Shown piece by piece: positions 21,677-32,100 of a stretch of 39,896 bases of DNA. Numbering within the stretch: position 1 is the stretch's first letter; each line of letters opens with the position of its first letter. The stretch comes from Macrostomum lignano. Lineage: Eukaryota. The notes below the pieces were generated by a model, which saw nothing but the letters and a program-made list of their open reading frames with translations, was not told the origin of the DNA and did not search any database. The translations under genes and the position numbers were made by a program. The stretch spans positions 1-39,896 of the forward strand of contig NIVC01000824.1 of assembly GCA_002269645.1 (NCBI GenBank), given 5' to 3'.

Positions 21677-22935
21677 TAGGTTTCTGTGGAGGTGTCAGGA
21701 TCAGTCAGGTTTCTGTGGAGGTGTCAGGATCGGTCAGGTTTCTGTGGAGGTGTCAGGATCGGTCAGGTTTCTGTGGAGGTGTCAGGATCGGTCAGGTTTC
21801 TGTGGAGGTGTCAGGATCGGTCAGGTTTCTGTGGAGGTGTCAGGATCGGTCAGGTTTCTGTGGAGGTGTCAGGATCGGTCAGGTTTCTGTGGAGGTGTCA
21901 GGATCGGTCAGGTTTCTGTGGAGGTGTCAGGATCGGTCAGGTTTCTGTGGAGGTGTCAGGATCGGTCAGGTTTCTGTGGAGGTGTCAGGATTGGTCAGGT
22001 TTCTGTGGAGGTGTCAGGATCGGTCAGGTTTCTGTGGAGGTGTCAGGATCGGTCAGGTTTCTGTGGAGGTGTCAGGATCGGTCAGGTTTCTGTGGAGGTG
22101 TCAGGATCGGTCAGGTTTCTGTGGAGGTGTCAGGATCGGTCAGGTTTCTGTGGAGGTGTCAGGATCGGTCAGGTTTCTGTGGAGGTGTCAGGATCGGTCA
22201 GGTTTCTGTGGAGGTGTCAGGATCGGTCAGGTTTCTGTGGAGGTGTCAGGATCGGTCAGGTTTCTGTGGAGGTGTCAGGATCGGTCAGGTTTCTGTGGAG
22301 GTGTCAGGATCGGTCAGGTTTCTGTGGAGGTGTCAGGATCGGTCAGGTTTCTGTGGAGGTGTCAGGATCGGTCAGGTTTCTGTGGAGGTGTCAGGATCGG
22401 TCAGGTTTCTGTGGAGGTGTCAGGATCGGTCAGGTTTCTGTGGAGGTGTCAGGATCGGTCAGGTTTCTGTGGAGGTGTCAGGATCAGTCAGGTTTCTGTG
22501 GAGGTGTCAGGATCGGTCAGGTTTCTGTGGAGGTGTCAGGATCGGTCAGGTTTCTGTGGAGGTGTCAGGATCGGTCAGGTTTCTGTGGAGGTGTCAGGAT
22601 CGGTCAGGTTTCTGTGGAGGTGTCAGGATCGGTCAGGTTTCTGTGGAGGTGTCAGGATCGGTCAGGTTTCTGTGGAGGTGTCAGGATCGGTCAGGTTTCT
22701 GTGGAGGTGTCAGGATTGGTCAGGTTTCTGTGGAGGTGTCAGGATCGGTCAGGTTTCTGTGGAGGTGTCAGGATCGGTCAGGTTTCTGTGGAGGTGTCAG
22801 GATCGGTCAGGTTTCTGTGGAGGTGTCAGGATCGGTCAGGTTTCTGTGGAGGTGTCAGGATCGGTCAGGTTTCTGTGGAGGTGTCAGGATCGGTCAGGTT
22901 TCTGTGGAGGTGTCAGGATCGGTCAGGTTTCTGTG
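21677..22935. repeat. Highly homogeneous 29-bp minisatellite (TCAGGTTTCTGTGGAGGTGTCAGGATCGG), about 43 copies, intergenic
   Basis: Near-perfect tandem units; explains the three overlapping 428-460 aa ORFs. Confidence 0.98.
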
Positions 22936-23129
22936 CAAGTGTCAAAGTCGGTCACAGCTGCAGGAATTATAGAATGAGCTATGATAAAAAGTATATTTTT
23001 GGTTTGCAATGAAGAAATTCTTACAAGGGAGAGGTTAAAACCGCTAGAGCTCATTTACTCAGCTCTGCAATATGCCTGACTATGCAATATGCCTGCAATA
23101 TAGTGCAGGTGAAGCTACAAAATTCACTA

Positions 23130-26100
23130 TCAACTCGGCAGCAGAACTGCAAATAATGCAACAGAGGAAGCCACCGCCAGCCAGAGTTCACTACCGACAT
23201 GCCGAAACCCCCGATCCTGCGTCTCTAACACCGGTCGATGGTTCACCGTCGAATTAAGCTTTGAGTCTGTATCTAAAGTGGAATTATTCTCCTTGGAATC
23301 CTCGTTGTGCTCAAACGCAAACACAATGTCGTCCTTTGGCAGCGGGTCCACCCACTCCTCCAGCTGCTCGGCGGGGCCCGGCTCGTGCATCGGCTTGCAG
23401 TCGCCCGCCGTGGTTGGCACCGTCTTGCCGAGTTCGCACCGCGGCCCGCTGAACTTGGCGCCCCACCGTGGCGGCAGGCAAGCGCGAAGGCGGCACCGCT
23501 GGGTCTTCTTCTCGTCGCACGGCCAGTCGGACATCACCGAGAGGTCCGGAGGACACGTCGCCTTCACGCCGTCGCAGAACTCAGGGTAGTCGCATCTGAA
23601 CACGCGATGTGCAGAAAGCTTTGGAGTAACACTAATGAGGTCTCGGTGGTACATTTTTAATGCATGAAAATCCATTCAAAAAAATAAATATTCGCCAAAA
23701 GGGTTGTAATTGGCACCTTGGCGCAGAGCCGTCGGCAACATGGTCCCACAAGCAGCGCTGACAAGCGCGCCAATACTGTACACAGACATGCACTCATACT
23801 AATGGTGCAGAGAAGTGACCAGGTGTAGAAACTTTAACTGAGTGTGATGTGAGCACACAGAAAGATAAATACTACTGAATAAAGAGCATGAGTAGTTTGA
23901 AACCACTTGAAGCGATGTCTCTGCTATCTCACCAAGATTCTACACTGTAAACCTGCTGCGAAACGGACCTGTGATCAACAGCCAGCCTGCAGAGGACGCC
24001 GCTAGCCAGTGGCGTGCACGAAGTAATGTTGCAGCAGTCGCCGAATCCGCAGGCTGCACCTGAGACCAGTTTGCAGGTGTCTGCCTGGCAGCAGCGGTTG
24101 TTCTGGCAGGCGAGCGGTCCGCCGCAGTCGCACTCTTCGTTGGGCTCGACAATGCCGTTGCCGCAGGTCGGTCCCCAGTCCTTCGAGTACTGCAGCATGA
24201 TGCTGCGCCCGTCTGTGAAACATGCATAGCGGGTGCCTTATTAACAAGGGGGGAGCCCGATTTAGAGCTTCAGACTACAGTCTTCAATGGATTCATCTTG
24301 TCGGAACAGTCAATCAAAACTCCTTGGAGTTGAGTTTGCCTGCAGGCAACTTTGGGTCAGCGATCCGCAGTCAGCGAGGATGCAATCAGTCATGTTCATT
24401 CCACTGACACCTGAGCAGGCACACAGGGTGTACAGCGGCTCTGACTTTCTCATTCTCAGGTAGAATTTGCCTGCTCTGTGCCTGTGGATTGACCATCTTG
24501 TGCGAGAACTGCGCAACAAAAAGCCCCGGGTTAATTTTCTTGCTCACCGTTATGAGGCTTCCAGTTCCACTTGGCGGATAGGCAGGCCTTGCCCAGCGCC
24601 AGAGCGTCGAGAGAATCGGCCACACTGTTGATGCTGCAAGTCGACCAGCCAATTGGCTCAGCTTTGCCCTCCGTGACCACGTATTTGTTCATCAGGCATC
24701 GTGGGAAATGGCACTGGCAGTACTTTGAGTCGTGACTGGCGCCTATCCTGTGGCTGAGCTCGTGGGCCAGAGCCAGTCCCGCCGTCTTGATGTAGTTCGA
24801 CTTGCTAAGTTCCAACTGCGGAACGGGGTGTCATGCAGGAAAGTTTTATTCTGATAAGCTGCTCTTGTGAGTGATGCAGCCTGGGTTGGAGCCTACACCG
24901 CTAATGATAAAGCAAAGAAGCCTTTATTGTTGCTAAAGAATCGTCAATAGTCGCTAAGGAATCAACAATGGTCGCTAAGGAAATCACCAATGGTCGCTAC
25001 GGAATCCTCTAGGGTCGCTAAGGAATCCTCTAGGGTCGCTAAGGAATCCTCTAGGGTCGCTAAGGAATCCTCTAGGGTCGCTAAGGAATCCTCTAGGGTC
25101 GCTAAAGAATTACCAATGGTCGCTAAAGAATCACCAATGGTCACTAAGGAATAACCAATTGTTGTTAAGGTACTATAAATGGTCGCTAAGGAATTACCAA
25201 TGGTCGCTAAGGATTTAACAATGGTCGCTAAGGAATTATAAATGGTCGCTAAGGGATCGTCTATGATAGCTTCGCTCCCCAGGATGCGATAATGATCTTG
25301 ACTGGTTTTATCAGCTTTTCAAGCTTTTTCTCTCACCGTAACGAATCCAATGCATTCTGGTCGGCCATAAAGGTCCTTACAGAGCTCGCCAGTGGAGTCC
25401 GACATCGTATAGTTCATGTTGTCGCGGCCTCTGCGAGTGTTGCCGAATATGCCCAAAAGCAGAGTAAGCTTTATAGTTTTCTAGTGAGTTCACTCATGAA
25501 CTCATTCATAAACTCGCTCATGAACTCACTCATGAACTCCCTCATGATCTCGCTCATGAAGTCACTCATGAACTCCGTCATGATCTCGCTCATGAAGTCA
25601 CTCATGAACTCACTCATGAACTCACTCATGAACTCCCTCATGAACTCCCTCATGATCTCGCTCATGAAGTCACTCATGAACTCACTCATGAACTCACTCA
25701 TGAAATTGCCCATAAAGTAACTCATGAACTCCCTCATGAATTCACCCATAATAATCGTACCAAGTGTCATAATAAGGTACTGATAAACTTATTTCACATT
25801 AGTTCTGTCCAAATTTCTGGCATCCAGCGGGGCAAACTTACAAGAACGTGAATATACAATCGATGTTGTCCTCAAACATGTACTGCCAATAGTTTAAGGC
25901 ATATTCGGAACGCAAGAATTCAAGAATATCTTTGTCGGGAACGCTCGGGCTGTAACCCGTAAACTTGGACGGAGAATGCAGACTGGTCACCGTAATGTAG
26001 GCGTTGAATGGTTTCAGGAGCTGCAAAATTACAATGCAATCTGAGCTTGTGATAGTGGGATGACAATAACATTTGAAGGTCAACATTCAAGGACGGCCAG

Positions 26101-29100
26101 ATAAAATGCAGGAGTGGCGACTCCTGCATCTCCAGCCAAAATAGGTTATATAGTATTAAACACAGATGCTAGAATATACTTGGGCCACTTAGCACATTTT
26201 CTTGTAATCTACTTTCAGTAGTAAGTTAAACGGAAGCATTTTAATGTATTTTAAAGCTTAGGCTCATTTATCGGCTCTTAAATAAAAAGCTTAGGCGACT
26301 CGCGCCTTTTCGCACTATAATACGTACCCCACCCGCGCCCAATTTTTATTGCCTTTCTCGGAATTCCAGCCTAAAGCTGCCATGTACATTTCAGTGGACT
26401 GGCTAATGTACATTATTGCTGAACCAATTAGCAAGCTGTTTACGCCTGCAAGCTTGGGCTTCTAAACTTATCAAATTCATTTCAGCTGCCTTTATTTTTA
26501 TAAAATAGCTTACGTATTCTTCATTGCTACTGAACTGAAAGTAGAAAGCTGTTTTACTAAGTATATATGCCTGAGTGGCCCATCTCGTAATTTTAGTATC
26601 TGATGTACTAAACGAATCCTATGGATTTTGAAAGACCGTTCTTCGATCCAGCAAAATAATTCCAAGAAACAACGACCGCGAAAACATCTAAATATACTAA
26701 ATCTCTAAGGTTTGTATGCTTGTCCATGTCCAATATACTAAAAATCAAAACTATGTACCTATAGGAACCTTCGCTTAACTTGACTCTACATGGTCGGAAT
26801 TTCGTGGGGTTTTCTGCATTCGATGCGTATTGATGGTGCGCAGGTACACAAAATTTTGCTAAGAAATTGCTTCATTATTTCGGGCTTAAATATTCGAAAA
26901 ACTCAATTTTCTCCCTGTTTTTTAAAGTTCAAACAGTTCTTTCCGATTGAGAAGCAGTCTGCCGGCCGATGGAATTGTATTGCATCATAACTCAGTGCCA
27001 ACTATAGCATTGGTTCTCCACACTCGCGTGGAGAGCTACAAGCGTTGAAAGGTTGCGCAACACATTTTAATTGAGGGGCGGGTGTCGCTATTCAATTATT
27101 CATGGGCTGGCTTCATGTGGCTTGGTTGTTAATTTCAATGCATCAACTTGCAGGCCTCTTACTGAGCTGGCGCTGAATGTACGCCTTATGAATTTGAATG
27201 CTTTAAAGCAGGAATGTTCAATCATTGTTTGTGCTTCGAGTTTTTTACTTTCAGAAGAGAGCCTTGTATTGCTAGAAAGAGCTTGAAACGCTGAGTTCGG
27301 GAATAATTTCTTTGCTTACTCGTAGATTCGAAAAATTAAAAGCACAGCATTAAAAAGAAGATTCCTTTGAATTTTACTTTATATACTCATTGTACGCTCT
27401 CCAATATCGCAAACCCCTACTTTATCGCAATTCCACAATTCAAGCCAGCGCCATTGAATTTAGATTTAGATTGCGTAACCATATTGGTGACTTTATTTGA
27501 AACTGATACAGACTGGCTGAGAAATTATGTCATAACTGCTTTGCGTGATTTACTCTGTGCGTGGAGTTTTGAAAGTGTTGAATTATGTAAGTGCTACAAT
27601 TTATGTTATCAAAGCATTGAGAGATAGCCTAGAGGTAAACAGACTGACCTGCTAATGCAGCGACGTGGGTTCGAATTTTTAAATTGTAGAAGTATTTTAT
27701 TAAAAAAAATTAATTTTAAACTTTTTAGCTAAAGAAAACTAAAAAAACGTCAGGTAAATCAGGTAGAAGAGAAGCTACGAGTATTATATTCAAAAAAAAT
27801 TATTAAACTGAGATGCCAAGGCTAAGAGGGAATTGCTGAGATATCAAGACGTGAGGGGAATTGCTGAGATGTCAAGACTTACTGGGGGAATTACTGAGAT
27901 ATAAGGGCTTACTGAGAGAATTACTGAGATGCCAAGGCTTAAGAGTGAATTGCTGAGATGTCAAGGCTTGGAGGGAATTTCTGAGGTGTCAGGGCTTGGT
28001 GGGAATTGCTGAGATGTTAAGTCTTGGGGAGGAATTCTATGGATCGGGGAATCTTTGAACGAGAGATGCTTCTAATGGATATCTCGAGGAGATGAGGGGA
28101 TTCTTTGGCCAAGAATTCTATTCATGGGCGGATTATTTGGATGGGAGTTTCTTTGGATTCCTTGAATGGGGGATTCTGTTGATGGGGATTATTTGGACGT
28201 AAAGTTTTTTGAACGGGTTTTTTTAGATGAGGGTATTATTTGGCCAATTATTCTTTTGATGGGAGAATCAATGGATAATGTGGATGGAGATTCTGTGGAT
28301 GGGGATTATTTGGACGTGGATTATTTGCATGGGGATTTTTTGGAGGGAGATTCTTTAGTTAGGAATGGATGGGGATGGATAGGAGGATTCTTTGGATAGG
28401 GATAAATAGGGGCATTTTTTCGATAGGGATGGATGGGGGATTCTTTGGATATGGATGGGTGGGGGGTTCTTTGGATATGGATGGGAGGGGGATTCTTTGG
28501 ATATAGATGGGTGGGGGGATTCTTTGGATATGGATGGGTGGGGGATTCTTTGGATATGGATGGGTGGGGGATTCTTTGGATTTGGATGGGTGGGGGATTC
28601 TTTGGATATGGATGGGTGGGGGATTCTTTGGATATGGATGGGTGGGAGATTCTTTGGATATGGATGGGTGGGGGATTCTTTGGATATGGATGGGTGGGGG
28701 ATTCTTTCGATGGGGACTCTGTGAATGAGGGACTCTTTTAATAGGGATTCTTTTGAAGGGGATTCTTTGCATGTGAGATGTTATGGATGGGCAATGCATT
28801 GGATGGGAAATTCTTCAAATAGGAGAATTCCTTGAATGGGGAATTCTTTGGATCCGGGATTCTATTGATAGGGGTTCTTTGGATGGGAGACTTTTTGATA
28901 TGGATGGAGGTCGAGGATTTTTTGGATAGGGATGGATAGGGGGATTCTTCGGATCGGGGATTCTATCGATGGGGTTCTTTGGATGGGGATTCTCTGCATG
29001 TAAGATTCTATGGATGGGCAATTCTTCAGATAGGAGAATTCCTTGAATGGGGAATTCTTCGGATCGGTGATTCTATCGATGGGAGGTTTTTTGGATGGCG

Positions 29101-32100
29101 GATTCTTTGCATGTGAGATTCTTTGCATCGTGGATTTTATGGGTGGTGTATTCTTTGGATGAGGGATTCTTTGTATGGGAGATTCAGTTGGGTGAAATTT
29201 TATTGCGTGGGAAAACTGTGGCTGGAGTTTGGACGGAAAGCCTCAACGGGAGTTGGAATTGGCTAGCTGAGGAAATTGCTTCATTAATCTTGCTGGGGGT
29301 ACTTTCTACAGGGGTTGCTTGCTATCGGAAGGACGCTTGCTCTTGGGGTATGCTTGCTCGGAAGAGAATTTTAAGATGTCAAGATTTACAAGGGGAATTA
29401 TTGAGATACATGTATAAAATCTTACCTTGGGGAATTAATGACATGTGAAGGCTTAAGTGGGACTTGCTGAGATGCCAAGGCTTGTGGGGGAATTGCTGAG
29501 GTGTGAAGGCTTAAAAAGAATTGCTGAGGTCTTAAGTCTCGGGAGGGGAATCGCTAAGATGTCAAGACTTACTAGAGGAATTACTGAGATATGAAGGCTT
29601 ACTGGGAGAATTACTGAGATATCAAGGCTTGGGGAGGGGAATTACTGAGATGTCAAGGCTTTGGACGGGGAGAAATTGGTAACATGTCAAGGCTTGCGCC
29701 GGAATTGCTTAGATGTCAATGCTTGGGGAAAATTTCTGAGGTGTCGAGGCTTGGGGAAATTGCTGAGATGTTAAGTCTTGGGGGAATTCTATGGATTGAT
29801 GATTCTTTGGATGAGGGATGCTTCTAATGGATAAATTTGAATAGGTGATTCATTGGGCAATTTCTTCGGTGGGGCATTGTTTCGATTGAGGGTTTTTTGA
29901 ATGGGGGATTCTTTAGATGAATGATTCTTTAGATGGGGGTTATTTGAACGGGGGTTCTTTAGATGAGGGGATTCTGGATTCTTTGGCCAATTATGCTTTT
30001 GATGGGGGATTATTTAAGGATGTGAATTATTTAGAGGGGGGATTTTTTGGAGAAGGAATTTTTTGGATATGGATGGTTAAGGTGATTATTTAGATAGGAA
30101 TGGATGGGGAAATTCTTTGGATAGGGATGAATAGGAGGATTCTTGGGATAGGGATGGATGGGGGATTGTTTAGATAGGGATGGATGGGCGATTCTTTGGA
30201 TAGGGATGGGTGGGGGGATTCTTTGGATAGAGGGTTTCTGTGGATGAGGGATTTCTTGAATAATGGATTTATTGGACGGGGAATTCTTCAGATGGGAGGA
30301 TTCCTTGAATGGGGAATTCTTCGGATCGGGGATTCTATCAATGGGATGGGATGGGGATGGGACGGGAAGGATTGGTATTCTTTGCATGTGAGATTCTATG
30401 GATGGGCGATTCATTAAATAGGGAATTCTACAGATAGAGGATTCCTTGAATGGGGAATTCTTCGGATCGGGGATTCTGTCGATGGGAGGTTCTTTGTATG
30501 GGATTCTTTGGATGAGGGTTTTTTGCACGTGAGATTATTTGCATCAGGGACTTTATGGATTAGAGATTCTTTGGATGGGGGGGGGGTTCAGTTGGGTGAA
30601 TTTCTTTTGCGTGGGAAAACTTTGGTAGGAGTTCTGACGGAAAGCCCCAACGGGGGTTGGAATTGGCTAGTCCTATATACTAAAAATGAAAATCTTGCTT
30701 GTTTGTACGCAATCGATTAGAGAAAAAATGGCTTAACCGATTTTCATGAGACTTGCACTGTTCGATCAGAAATTTTCCCGTGACGGTACATGCATCTTGG
30801 CTAAGAAATTGCTCCATGTTAAAGCGATTAAATATTCGAAAAACATGCTTTTTTGCAAAGGTCAAGCAAACTTTTCGACTTGAAATGCATTGTAAGAATG
30901 CTAGAGAAAAAACTGACTGGTTGAATTCTGATTCTGAAATAAATTGCATCATAAATGAATTGTAACTCCGACTTGAATTGCGTCACAGTATTGAAAATGC
31001 AGTGTGGAAGCGTAGCACCAGACGTGATTTAGATTGCGTAACCATATTGTTATCTGATACTGACTGACTGAGAAACTGATTATGTCATAACTGCTTCGTG
31101 TGATTTACTCTATGCTTGGATTTTAAACTGTTGAATTATATATATATAAGGGCAAAATTTGATGTTATCAAAACGATGAGAGCTAGCCTAGAGGTTAGCA
31201 AACTGAACTGCTAAATGCAGCGACGATGGTTCGAATTTTCATAGAGTATAATTTTTTTAATTAAAGCTTTTCAATGTCAGGAAAACTAAAAGACTTTTTA
31301 AAAAGAAGCGTCATGTAAAAATCATAGAAGCGTCATGTAAAAATCGTGGAAGCGTCATTTAAAAAATCATAGAAGCGTCATTTAAAAAATCATGGAAGCG
31401 TCATATAAAAATCATAGATGCGTCATTTAAAAAATCATAGATGCGTCATTTAAAAAATCATAGAAGCGTCATGTAAACAATCATAGAAGCGTCATGTAAA
31501 CAATCATAGAAGCGTCATGTAAACAATCATAGAAGCGTCATGTAAAAAATCGTAGAAGCGTCATGTAAACAATCATAGAAGCGTCATGTAAAAAATCATA
31601 GAAGCGTCATGTAAAAAATTATAGAAGCGTCATGTAAAAAATCATAGAAGCGTCATGTAAACAATCATAGAAGCGTCATGTAAAAAATCATAGAAGCGTC
31701 ATGTAAACAATCATAGAAGCGTCATGTAAAAAATCATAGAAGCGTCATGTAAAAAATTATAGAAGCGTCATGTAAAAAATTATAGAAGCGTCATGTAAAC
31801 AATCATAGAAGCGTCATGTAAAAAATCATAGAAGCGTCATGTAAACAATCATAGAAGCGTCATGTAAAAAATCATAGAAGCGTCATATAAAAATCATAGA
31901 AGCGTCATTTAAAAATCATAGAAGCGTCATGTAAAAAGCATAGAAGCGTCATGTAAACAATCATAGAAGCGTCATGTAAACAATCATAGAAGCGTCATGT
32001 AACAATCATAGAAGCGTCATGTAAACAATCATAAAAGCGTCATTTAAAAAATCATAGAAGCGTCATATAAAAATCATAGATGCGTCATTTCAACAATCAT

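Noticed and set aside
21595-23012. Three overlapping 428-460 aa ORFs
   Set aside because: They are artefacts of a stop-free 29-bp unit cycling through frames; there is no unique coding content.
19297-25770. Periodic Met/Asn/Ser ORFs (19297-19692, 19415-19660, 24962-25144, 25292-25720, 25471-25770)
   Set aside because: They are translations of intronic 12- and 21-bp arrays.
28166-30720. Pro/His- or Gly/Trp-rich ORFs
   Set aside because: They are translations of G-rich repeats inside the Helitron-like unit.
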